NCBI GenBank assembly: GCA_028534125.1
Contig: CM052816.1
Location: 92,444,001 to 92,508,000, forward strand
Length of the DNA: 64,000 nucleotides
Source: Lama glama
Taxonomy: Eukaryota
Direction: 5' to 3'
Shown: positions 52,608 to 64,000 of the stretch, one piece after another
How the letters are laid out: each line of letters begins with the position of its first letter
How positions within the stretch are numbered: the first letter of the stretch is position 1
Translations under genes and position numbers: made by a program
Notes under the pieces: generated by a model
The model's input: the letters and a program-made list of their open reading frames with translations, nothing else
Databases searched by the model: none
Told to the model about the DNA's origin: nothing

Positions 52608-55600
52608 ACACTGTGCAGGTACCCAAAAAGCAGGCACAGTACTCAACTGAATTACTCAGGAGACCCCCAAAGACCTAACGCACAGAGAGAAGCCCAAATC
52701 AAAGTCTGTCTCCTCAGTCCTTCCATGCCTGGGCCAAACTGTTGCTGAAGTAATTATGCAGGGTTATATACTTCTGAGAGATGTGGAGATCCTGAAGAAA
52801 GCCCAAAAACTGAGGTGTGAAAAAGAAACTATGAGGAAAGAATGGAGTTGAAATTCTTTACTCAGATGAAAACTGTGAATATAACTTTCAGTGCTTTCAG
52901 GGGGTCACAGCACATATAACACACACACATTCCCATCCTTTACACTATGCACAAAGGTGGGACGGCTGTTACATTAAGAGAGATGTGAGGAAAAAACAAG
53001 GTTTAAATGGGAAACAGTGATTGAAATATTTAATAAAGTAGGTAATTAGCTTAGGTGTAACTTCACTTGTGACTGAACTATAAAAACAGCCTGAAATTTC
53101 CTATAGCAAGTGTCCGTAATTGTTGAAATCAACACCATGATTAAAGGGATAGCAAATAACAAAAATGAATCATCCCCAAACTACCTCATAAAAGGAGTTT
53201 TGACATACAGTCCATCCTACTCCAGGCAAACACTGTCACAAGTCCCAACCGTCAGAGACACTCTAAAATTTAGCAAACTTGGAACCAAAGGTCCCCTGCC
53301 CCAAAGGACACTACCAAGCCACATCTGAGACCAGGATCAGGGTCAGATGATCAGACTACAGTCAAACACCGAGACTGGGATCTGGACAGAAGCAGGAACA
53401 ACACACAAGGAGCCCAGCACAACCTCAGGAGGGGAGGGGTGGCCCAACTGCCAGAAGGGCAGTGGGCAGAGCAAGGCCAGAGGGGCCAAGCAGAAGCAGA
53501 AGGCACGGTCTGGGCTCTCCTCCACTGAACTCAGCCTAAGGGGAGGGTCTCGGTCTAGTGCTTCTGTTTTCCTTTAATGTCCTGAAACCAAGTGTGTTCT
53601 AGGGGAGACAGAGAGAGAGAGAGAGACAGTCAACGGCAAAATGCTACACAGAACCTCTCTCCAAACGTAAATGGAAGCAGATGCAGCCAGCTCCAGGGCA
53701 TGTGGCTTCTCTGGGCTCACAGAACTCTGGATGAGAGGCACGCTGAGCTCAAGAGATGTTTAGTACAGCATGTGGCCTGCAAGCTGTAGGCCAAGGCTGG
53801 TTCTGGGTCTACAGATTCACATACAAACTTAGGTGTCCCAGGACCTGTCCAATTCCCAAAGTTGAAGAACTGGGTTATCACAGAGCCTGGGCAGCTCAGG
53901 AGACCTTAATAATGCTAAACCTAGATTCCCTCCAGCCTACTTGCTGTGAATACCCTTTCTGTGTTCCCACGGACACGAGGAAATACAACTGTCACTGGAC
54001 ACAAGTTAGCAGTCAGGAGAGACCCTCGGCATTTCAGAAAGACCAAGGATCAAGGTAAACTGAGACAGATTCATCGTCAGATGGTTATTGTGTTTATAAT
54101 AGCAAGGCTACCCCAGTTTAAACCCAAACAATTTATAGCAAATTCTAACAGTAAACATGGTTTAATTAAAATGACAGGATACAAGTTATTCTGATGTAGG
54201 AGGAAGACGGGTAGGAAATGGGCAGAGATTTTCATACAAAAACTCCTGTAAGATTCTCTCATTTTGTAAAAATACAGTTAAGTATCACTGGATCTGCTTG
54301 TCTTAAGCACGTGTGCTAATAGATATTAAGACATTTACTTATCACAGTCACACCACCAGCAGTATCTGCTGATGGAGAAACCGCTTCTGGGGGAGGTAGT
54401 CGGGGTACCCCACCACCATCAGACGCACTGCCAGCCCCTGTAGGCCTCACCACCCCTCTATATACTCGCACTTGGTTCCACCCCGACTTCTTTAGGTCGT
54501 GCCGCACCACCCACTCACTCACTCAACAAGACCAATGTCAGTGAAGCCTTTCTGAAGGAAGACCCGGTGGAAGGCCCAGAATGAGAACAGGGATGGAACA
54601 GCATCCATAGGCGGGTGCACGGGACAACTGGTGGTTAAAACAGACAGATCAAGGGCAACAACCAAGACTGGGCACCTTCCTGCACTGGCACCTCGAACAA
54701 GAAACATGTGGTACACCAGACACCTGCTCAAGACAAACGACAAAACAGACCCTGTCAAGAAAGAGCTCCAATCAATGGGAAAGTGGCTGGCGGCTGCAAA
54801 GTCAACACATGGACAAGCCTGGTTGAGTGAGAGCAGGAGAAGTTCAATAAACTTTCATACTGAACTCACAGGCAGGTATGACATGCTTTTTCTCTCCGAC
54901 ACAGGCCTCTTGGCATTCAACAAAGGTTAGATGACAAAGTAATACCACTGTGACCAACCAGTTAGGTTATGCTCCCAAGAGAAAGCCATTTGTTGGCTGA
55001 TATATACAGAAAAGGGAAGAAATCAGAAAGAGCACTTGAGAATTTCCATATGACTCAGATTAAGTCAGGAAAGCCACCTCAAAGCCCCACCGCTCATCCA
55101 CACGACAGATTCTAATGCTGATCAGAAACCAAGCACACTCTGCCGACCACTTGTAACATGGCAGATGGTCCTACCCAAACGTATCCTGTTAGCAAAGTAA
55201 AAGGAACACTGTGCTTTATTTCATGGGGCATATCTTACATGTTTAATTATGTAGAATGCTATTTGCACCAGAGTTTCTCAGAAAGTATAAAAAAATTCAA
55301 ATTCATTACGTCAATTAAGTCCATAAATCTAAATAGCCCCTGAAAGTAAAAGGCTCAAAGGAAAATTCAGCCTAATTAAGGAGGATTTTATGTCACAATC
55401 TATAAATTAAGCTATGGTTATCAAACACAAGTTAAAGCAAAACACAGCGCAATCACCCATGTTTGCTTCCCTACCAGTGTCTCACAGTCACAGGAACGCT
55501 TTTGATTGAGCAACAATTCTGAAATATTTCAGTACTAACATGTATTATGATTTGCAAAGCTAAAAATAGCCTAATGTATCCATTTCTTTTGCGTCTGATA

Positions 55601-56059
55601 AAAAAAATAAGCTACAACAGAGAAATCTGCTTAAGATGACATGCATCTTTGGTTAGAAGAAAGCATCTTCCACGGACACCACCTAGACAGTTTAACACAC
55701 AAGTGTGCTGATCTTATACCAGTTTATAAAATAGACAATCACCTGACAGACAGGCAGTATCCTCTACCCAATGGTCCTGGTTTTGCCCTTTGACGGCGTG
55801 TGAACCCGTCTACCTAACAGACCTCTAACCAGCTTAGCTGCCAGCCAGTATCCTCTACACATCTTTTTCATTGTAGGCAAATACCCCAGCTCCTTCAACT
55901 GTTCCCTAAGTGAGACAAATCATCTTACACACACTCCATCTGTACTGAGGGTACAGGCACATCCTCAGCCCTCAAGATGGAATCTGATCAGCTCAGTTCA
56001 AGACAGGCGGTCACTGCCTGCGTTTTAGAAGCATTCCTTTTAAAACAGGGTTTCATAAT

Positions 56060-56940
56060 AAGCACAGGAAAAGATACTCAACATCACTAATCATCAGGGA
56101 AATGCGCATCAAAACCACAAGTGAGGTATCACCTCATACGTCAGAATGGCTATCATCAAAAAGAACAAAAGTAACAAATGTTGGCGAGGATGCAGAGAAA
56201 AGTGAACCCTCGTACACTGTTGGTGGGAATGTACATTGGTGCAGCCACTGCAGAAAACAGTATGGAGGTTTCTCAAAAAACTAAAAACAGAACTACCATA
56301 TGACCCGGCAATTCCAATCTTGGGTATACATTTAAGAAAAAAATAGAAACACTAACTCAAAAAGATACATGCTCCGCAATGTTCACAGCAGTGTTATTCA
56401 CAATAGCCAAGATATGGAAGCAACCTAAGTGTCCATCAACAGATGACTGGATAAAGAAGATGTGGTGTATGTGTACACACACACACACACACACACACAT
56501 ACATACATATACACGCAATGGAATATTACTCAGTCATTTAAAAAAGAACAAAATTTTGCCACTTGCAGCAACATGGATGGACTTGGAAAGCATTACACTA
56601 AGTGAAATAAGTCAGAAGAGAAAGACAAATACTGTATATCATTTACATGTGGAATCTAAAAAGTACATGCTAGTGAATATAACACAAAGGAAGCAGACTC
56701 ACAGCTACAGAGAACAAACCGGTGGTGACCAGTGGGGACAGGGAAGGGGAAGGGCAATATAGGGCAATAAAATAAGCTACAGGGACACACTGCACATCTC
56801 AGGGAGTAGAGCCAATATTTTATAATAACTGTAAATGGAGTACAACCTTTAACAATTGTGAATCACTATATTATAGACCTGTAACTTATATAACATTGTG
56901 TATCAACTGCACGTCAACTGAAAAACAAAAAGGAAAAAAA
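56060..56940 (+). mobile_element. 5'-truncated L1 (ORF2 C-terminus, 3' UTR and polyA) with target-site duplication
   Basis: ORF 56379 MFTAVLFTIAKIWKQPKCPSTDDWIKKMW is the L1 ORF2 C-terminus. A tail at 56921-56940. TSD aaaacagggtttcataat (56042) vs aaaacagggctccgttat (56937), 14/18, at a TT/AAAA site. Internal (CA)n at about 56475-56499. Confidence 0.9.
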
Positions 56941-57789
56941 CAGGGCTCCGTTATCCCTGCGGCCATCACACACCACGTGGGCTCATGTTTAGCTTGCAAT
57001 CAATTAAAACCCTGACATTATTTTTCCCTTTTAAGCTGCCAGTACGGCAGACCTCCCAGAGCTAGCTTTTTGGGTTTTCTTTTTTAATATATGCACAAAA
57101 CTTCTAATTTTCTTCCAATTAATGTCATATTGTGAGTTCTGCCCACTCACGCCTGCCCACCAAACTCCTTGAGGTTATTCTACACCTAACCTATTACATG
57201 ACCTCAGCTGATATGTGTCACTGATACATGAGTTCCTGGGCTGCCACTACCACACTGCAGATTTAAATTTAAAACACTACAGAGGGTCAGCGTGAGACAC
57301 AGCTCCTGACCCTCACCTCCCAGGAAGCCTTCCTCAGGCTGACATTAACATCTCTCCTCTCTGGTGTTGCTCCCCGTCACCTACCAAGCCAGTACGCAGA
57401 GGGTGCTGGGTCCTTGAACTGGAGCCAAGACTACAGAAATGTGCCTTCAAAAACTCCAGCAAGTTCTCAGATAGCACAATATCCAGCCCACATGGCACAG
57501 ACTCCAACACTGAAGTCATACTGCCCCTAAGTGCTTTGTACAGACCCTAAACACCGGCTCTCCAATTCTGCTGAAGTGTTATATACACTTTATCATCTTC
57601 CTCTTCTGGGAAATAGCAATCATTTTTGGTCGCTTCACTATGCAAATTATCCCTGCCCCACAAAACTGAATAAACCCTCATGTTGATCACCCTGCAGGCA
57701 GTGCTAGCACATGGCACATGGGGCAGAGAAGTCTTTCTCACAAAAACGACTGGAAACATTGCAGACTCAAACCTGCAGCGGCAGCGTAC

Positions 57790-57933
57790 CAGCGTGAGCT
57801 CCGGGTCCTGCAGCCAGGAGGGCAGCTCCGCCGGCTGGCTCATGGCCTGGAACAGCGTGGCCCTCAGCGCACAGTAATTATCTCCACGGACTCGCCTTAT
57901 GGAGGTGAATTTCTGAGACACCTCCTCGTAGCC
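57790..57933 (-). CDS. OTULIN: OTULIN coding exon (exon 4 equivalent) with catalytic Cys
   Basis: Translates [48 protein letters not shown], with the OTU GDNYC motif (Cys codon 57871-57873). Acceptor ttcgcccag; donor CTG|gtacgc; 144 nt. Confidence 0.97.
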
Positions 57934-60091
57934 CTGGGCGAAAGCATCAAAGAATTCAAAATGGTCGTTACTGACTTCAGACAGTGTGGAGAGTTTTATT
58001 CCTGTAGAAACAATGTGCCCCCGATCCCTGGAAGAACGGAAACAAGACTGGCTGAGTCTTCCACATTAAGATATTCTAATTCCTTTTTTTAAATTAATCA
58101 CACAAAATTAACAAATGTTAATACTGTCAAAATACCGACATATGTAGCATATGCAACACACTAGAACATATTAATCACATATCAAGTATTAATAAAATGC
58201 TAGTCACCCCCAAAGTTGGAGTTATACGTCCCTTTCTAAGTAACTGTTAACACTTATTTATTAACAACCAACATTCTGAAGGCTTTAATCTGTGTTTAAA
58301 TTGACCCCCAACTCTTTAATGAAGAGATAAGAAAGACAAGAGAGATGAACCCAGCTTATTTCTCCATATTAAAAATAATGCCCCAAATTCTAAATTTCCA
58401 TGGTATATGTAAGAAAACCTACATGCTAGAAGGTATAGCCTGGAAAAACCTGCTAGACTTTTTTAAAAAGTAGACTTAAGTGTCATTCTTGTTCAGCCTG
58501 GAAGTGAAACAAGGAACTGAAAATGCTCAGTGGCATGCTCAGTCACTCAAATACAGCCATCCAAACGGACCATTTTGAAGCACATCCCAATCCCAGTGAC
58601 CTGGTCCACAGGCAGCCCAGATGATCGGAGTTTTCCGCTGGACACTGCTCAGACACGGGCAGCAGCCTCGCGGCTTCCCCACCTCACTCACCCCCCGCCT
58701 GGCAGTCCTTTCGCTTGTCCTGCTTTTCCTCCACGGTCACTGGAAACCCTGCTCCCCACTGACACTTTCACAAAAAGAGTGTCACCCTCATCATGGGTGG
58801 GCACCATGCAACAGTCACCCTGCGTCCAACTACTGGACCCTCATTATCAGTTGCTTTCAAGGTTTAAGTCACAGGATGATGCTAAAAGTTGATATAAAAG
58901 TACTTCTTTTCAACAATAAAATTTGGAGAGCCGCATTTTTATTTAGTGGTCCAACCACTGCAATATAATGGCCCGTCAAGCAGACTCGTGCATTCTAATA
59001 TGCGCCTCTTCCCTATGGCAAAACCCCTAGTTACCCCAAATACGCACAATGGCTAATTCAAAAGAACTGCACCTTTCAAAATGCATAAACTACTCATGCT
59101 ATTTCAGAGGTGACTCAAACTTCTAAAATTAAATTTGGGTTTATACCACTTACTTCCAAAAGAATATCCAAAACAAAAAATAACTGAGATCCAAGCTGTT
59201 CTTGGGGCCAGAAATGCTCTTAATTCCTGCCAGGGGTCCTGACAGGATCCTTTTCTAACTGATGTGCCTTTTTATTTGGTCACTGAAGAGTCCAACTAAA
59301 ATCACAGAAGAATCATCTCAGCATGAATTCCAAAATATGGAATATTTGGAAAACTTAGCAGACATCTTCATTTGTAGACCTTAAGGTGCCAACTCTTAGA
59401 ACAGCTCCTTTAAAGAGACTGAGATCATAAAATAAAATTGCAGGCCAGTGACAGCATTTCTGGGGAAGATGAGAAAATACAGTTTAGATACCTGGCCTCT
59501 GGTTATCCACTTTGATACAAAGCTGGAGGTTTTTAGAAAATCTGTCAGTGGCTGATATGCATATTCAGCAGATGGCCTCAGAAATCTAAATGTCCTCAAC
59601 CTCTGGCAGGACCGGAGAGTCCCGGGTATTTCTTGACTGAGTTCTCTAACAAATGCCTGAGACATGAAGAGTCTACAGTCCAGACATGCAGGTAGCAGGG
59701 GTGACACTTGCTCTCAGAGCTTCCAAAGTGGCAGCTACGTCCTGAGTAAAGTCAGCCCATCTCAGGGCAGGCATGGGCAGCTGAGGTGCCTGCTAAAAGG
59801 TGTACAACGTTTTCTACAAAATGAAGTTCCGAGGACAAGAACAAATGTTTTCAAACAGCTAAAAATTTTAAATCCTAAACAGTACAGTTTTAAACAAACA
59901 AAAAAAATTAAAAAGATATTTCTATCAAATATGACAGGTCAATATCTCTAATATGCCAGAAGTGTATTCAAACTCACACTGTAAATAATCCCAAGAGAAA
60001 AATGAGTAAAGACTATAACCTAGAAGTTACAAGAGGTGGCAGAAGTGTTAGGTTGAAACTGCCATTTCTGTAGCTCAGGAAAAGTCAAATA

Positions 60092-60292
60092 CAGTCAATT
60101 CTCGAACAACTCAGGGGTTAGGGGTGCTGGCCCCCAACTCCACCAAAAATCTACGTATAACTTGACCGCAGGCCCTCCAAGTCCATGGTTCCACATCTGC
60201 ATACAGTGGAGTACTGCTACATATTTAGTGAAAAAAACCCATGTTCACGTGGGCCTGCGCGGTTCAGACCCATGTTGTTCAAGGGTCAGCTG
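60092..60292 (+). mobile_element. Short Tigger2a-like DNA transposon (MITE)
   Basis: Terminal inverted repeats cagtcaattctcgaacaac ... gttgttcaagggtcagctg, preceded by TA. Confidence 0.8.
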
Positions 60293-60972
60293 CAGCAGCA
60301 ATTTCACCCTACAAAGGAACGCTGGATTCAGGATACGTCTGACAGGAAACCAACAGGGTGTGCTGCTCAGATGGCCGCGCAGTACAAGTGGGTCAAGGGG
60401 TCTGACTTGAGCAATGACCCAGCCTGGTCACAGGAACAAGAGAACCATGTCATGGGAATCCCTGACGTCCCACAGCCTTGGAGGGACAACTTTAGGGTCA
60501 CCAATCTATGCAATGGGACTGAAAGAGGGCAGACCCTGGGATGCCCTAAATAAAGGAAGCAGTTCCAGATCCCTCTGCTTAGGCTGTGGAGGACTGAAGG
60601 ACATGAATACAAACCCGGGTGAGGACAGCAGACGTATGACATCTGAGGCTTTTACCTTACCAGGTCAGAAAGGCATTACCAAATGACCCCTGGAGGACCA
60701 CCAATGGCTCACCCAATTCTGAACAGGACAGAGTTATTTAAGAGTTTTTCAAAGAAATCAAGTTACTGATGATGATTCTGTATTAATACTGTTATTCCAA
60801 ATAAATCCCTTATCTTTGGAGCCTGTTTCCTCATCTCTAATATTAGAACACCAATATTTATACAGTGTAATAGCAGCTGTCATCACCAATGTCTAAAAAT
60901 AAAAAAGGACGTATTAAATATTTATGATAGACTACTGGAAAGACTCGAAATACAGGCACCCAGGCATCGTAC

Positions 60973-61067
60973 CTTTTTCATACATGTTGCTTTTTGCGTA
61001 TTTCCCCTCCACTCTTTTTTGCAGTAGTCCATGATGTCCATTTCAGGAGCGACACTTAATCTGGGTT
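60973..61067 (-). CDS. OTULIN: OTULIN coding exon (human exon 3 equivalent)
   Basis: Translates (E)[31 protein letters not shown]. Acceptor ttctttaccag; donor AAG|gtacga; 95 nt. Confidence 0.96.
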
Positions 61068-61189
61068 CTGGTAAAGAATCAAAAAAAGTGGATGGGGGAG
61101 GGGGAAATAATGAAACCAAAGCATAAGCAGAATAATGGCACTGCTTTACTTGAAGGTTACTTCCTCTCTCATTTCATTCCCCAAAAAAA

Positions 61190-61795
61190 GCCAGGATCCC
61201 ACCACTGCCTACCCTCTGGTCCAGACCTCCATCACCTCCTGGATAACCACAGAGGTCACCCAATGGGGCTCCCCGTCACCACATCCTACAGACCACTCTC
61301 CACACAGCAGCCAGAGCGATGCACTTAAAACATAAGTCAGACGTTACCCATCAGTGCTGGGCTCTAGGGCCTGCCACCACACTCGGATTCCTCTCCCTCA
61401 CTACCTACAAGGGCCCCCTGCCCCGGCGCCCCACTGCCTCTCAGGCCTCAGCTCCCACCACTCCTCACGCTGACGGCTTTGGGCCTACCTGCAAGGTACT
61501 TGCCCCTCACTCCCTGAGCTCTCTGCTCACCTCTGACACTGACACCCGATATCAAAACATCACACACACACCTTCACTCTATTCCCCTTACACGGTTTTG
61601 TTTTTCTTCTTGGCACTGATCGATGCCTGTCATATTTCTCATTCTGTACCCCGCCTCCCCCCACACCCTTACACACACACACACACACAGCAAAACATGA
61701 GCTCCTTGAGGGCAGGGGCTTGTTTTGTTTCTTGGCTGTGCCCTCAGCACCTACAATCACACTGACCCAGGTATCCATGAATACTGTTCCAATTA
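61190..61795 (+). mobile_element. L2 LINE 3' fragment
   Basis: tctccacacagcagccagag...ttaaaacataagtcaga; atgagctccttgagggcagggg...ctcagcacct. Confidence 0.7.
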
Positions 61796-63614
61796 GACAT
61801 GCAGCAGTCTGAGCTGTGAGAAGACACATCTAATGATCTGTCATTAGTTCTTTGCATCCATTATACAAAGAGATAACACCTCTATTTAAAAGGTGTATTT
61901 AATTATCTTTATTTACTTATATCCAGTTATATCCTGTCCTGATCCCAAAAGGCTGTAAGTTGTTGATAATCAGCCAGAAATTAATGCAGCGCTCAACGTG
62001 AGTTGGACAGACTTTGACTCTAACAACACATCCTCCAAAATTAAAAATACAACTTATGATCAAACAAATGATATGGTAAAAAAAAATTGGCCTTTAGGTT
62101 TTCCTTGTTTAACACAAAGTTGGGTTTTGACTTTGTGGTATACGCATATGCACGCACATGCATACAACCGTGTGTGTGTTTTAGGAAGAAAGAGATGTAA
62201 ATTCTCAGGCATGTCTTGACTTCCTTTTTAAAATATTGAAGAAGTAAATGTTAGCAAAGAAATTAGGATATAAACACACAAGTTCCTTACAACATATTTA
62301 CTTAGGAGGAAGTTGTACCTAAAATTAAAATGTTATATTCGGCTCAACTCAACAAATACTTACTGTATGTCTAATGTGTGCCAAGCTTTGAGCTAGGACC
62401 AGGGGCTGCGAAGACGATAAAGCCCCAGATTCTGCCCTGAATGGGGTATGGACTACTGAAGAGAAAGGGACTCCAGGCATCACCACTGAGGGTGATGGAC
62501 GCGGGGACGGCTGACTGAGGGGCCCATGAGGAGCCCTGAGACCTTCCTGCACTTCAGGTTAATCAATTATTTTTTAAACACAAAATGTAAGAACGGCCTA
62601 TCTTTAAAACACTCATAGTAAATGCCTTCATAAGGAAAATAAATCTTTTATACAAAGGGGAAAATAACACATATACAGATACCATAAATACATTTATCTG
62701 TGGTGTAAGTCAGGATTGGCTTAAAGGTGAAACAGACCCCTGAAGCAAAATACATGGAAACCACAAATACCAACACCGCACAGCCAACCTTCAAATAAAG
62801 ACCAGCCATCGTTGAAAGTCAGGAAACACTTTCTGAGTGTCTTCTCGGTGGAGGGAAGAGTTCCCTTTTATCTGCCTTTCCACTTACCTCCCCACAACGC
62901 CCGAGTCCAGGACATGTACTGGGCCAGTCTCTCCCACCAGGCAGAGCACATCGCTGGCTCAGCGAGAGCCTCCTGGGAAGCAAGCCCAGCCTTCCCGCTC
63001 CCCTCACCGCAGCCCTCTCTCCTGTGCACACCGGGACAAGACCTGGCCTCTGGGCAGGGCAAAGCAGGCCCCACCAGCTCAGGACCGAGGAGGCCGGGGG
63101 CCCCGCCAGGCAAAGAGGCCACGCCACAGGCTGCAATCCTATGCTGACTCAGACGCCTGTGTGAGGCAGTCAGGGTGGGGAAACGGGTACTTGCACAGCT
63201 GCCACCATCAAAAGTGTACTTTTATTCCCATCCCCCTGTGGTTCTTCAGGAGGACGACTCCAGCAGCCACTATGTGCCGGCCTCCAGGCCAGCAGCTGGA
63301 GGCGCGGGACAGGCAGTGCTTGACCTCAAGTGGCTTAAAGTATACCACAGGTCCCTTCTTTGTTAAACTGCATACAACACAGGCTCTGATTACTAACACT
63401 TCTAATGGCCCCAAAACCTTAAAAACAAACAAACAAGCAAACAAAAGGGGGGGAAGCTGAAAATCACTGTGGTAACTAGAAGCTGAAATAACCAAGAGGT
63501 GTGTGCCTTAACCACCACGTGGTGACAAAGACAAGGATTCAGACCCTCGGAGGGTGGGGAGTTAAAACTGAACCTCTGCAGAACACACAGACTCTCCACC
63601 AAGAGGCTCGGGCA

Positions 63615-63818
63615 AGAATCACAGGCTCTTCCCGTAATGGGCCACAGAGTAAATAATGTTGGCTTCGAGAACTGTAAGGTTGGTCACAGCTACTCAACTT
63701 TACCATGTGTGAATATCACCATGGGCAATATGCAAACTAAAAGGTTCCAACAACATTTTATTTACAGAAACAGGTGGCATGTCAAATTCTGCCGGAAAGC
63801 CATAGTCCACTGATTTCT
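63615..63818 (+). mobile_element. MER58A-like hAT-Charlie DNA transposon
   Basis: gggccacagagtaaata...gtcacagctactcaact...gttccaacaacattttatttacagaaacaggtggc...gccatagt. Confidence 0.7.
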
Positions 63819-64000
63819 CAACGAGGTGAAAAAAAACCCTCTTCACTAACAAAGAGGGAGCATAAGAAAACTTTATGCCTTGGCCTGGGCTCTGACCTGG
63901 GGAGAGAGGAAGTCTCCCCTAAGAATTCATACCCACAGGCCGGCTCTCATGCAGGAACAGGGTGTGAATTCACAACAGCTGCAAGGCCCTGGAAACCCAA

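Noticed and set aside
56379..56762. 127-aa ORF
   Set aside because: L1 ORF2 C-terminal remnant interrupted by a (CA)n repeat; not a host gene.
49674..57789. Apparent loss of OTULIN exon 5, since it is missing from the ORF track
   Set aside because: The exon is present and intact at 51038-51163; it simply is not called by the ORF track.
62812..63460. Cluster of overlapping ORFs up to 207 aa
   Set aside because: GC-rich OTULIN intron 2 sequence with no recognisable domain. It does not match OTULIN exon 2 (EEDMYRA motif), which must lie beyond the window.

Overview
Mammalian genomic DNA, probably camelid, judged from two tRNA-derived SINEs with an AATTACCTCCCCCC tail that resemble Vic-1. It holds the 3' portions of two convergent (tail-to-tail) genes. 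ANKH (+ strand) has its last six coding exons here (human exons 7-12): 1653-1745, 4775-4870, 26817-26946, 27942-28065, 28794-28893 and 29255-29368, which is 657 nt, 218 aa plus stop. A long 3' UTR follows to about 30.7 kb or about 35.1 kb. OTULIN (- strand) has its last five coding exons here (human exons 3-7): 61067-60973, 57933-57790, 51163-51038, 49673-49404 and 47025-46831, which is 830 nt. All splice sites are GT-AG with consistent phase and no stops or frameshifts. The OTULIN catalytic Cys/His/Asn and the C-terminal ETSL motif are intact. The rest is intron, UTR or intergenic DNA with L1, L2, L3/CR1, MIR, MLT1, Tigger, MER58 and SINE fossils, plus one 500-N gap. Gene and repeat family calls come from recalled reference sequences, not from a database search. 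I see no convincing new gene or new system. The best leads are regulatory: a G-rich minisatellite that tandemly copies the ANKH exon-10 splice donor (one copy in frame), a perfect CACGTG-n5-CACGTG ChoRE in an OTULIN intron, four miR-17-family seed sites split by alternative ANKH poly(A) signals, and a back-to-back poly(A) signal pair between the two genes.
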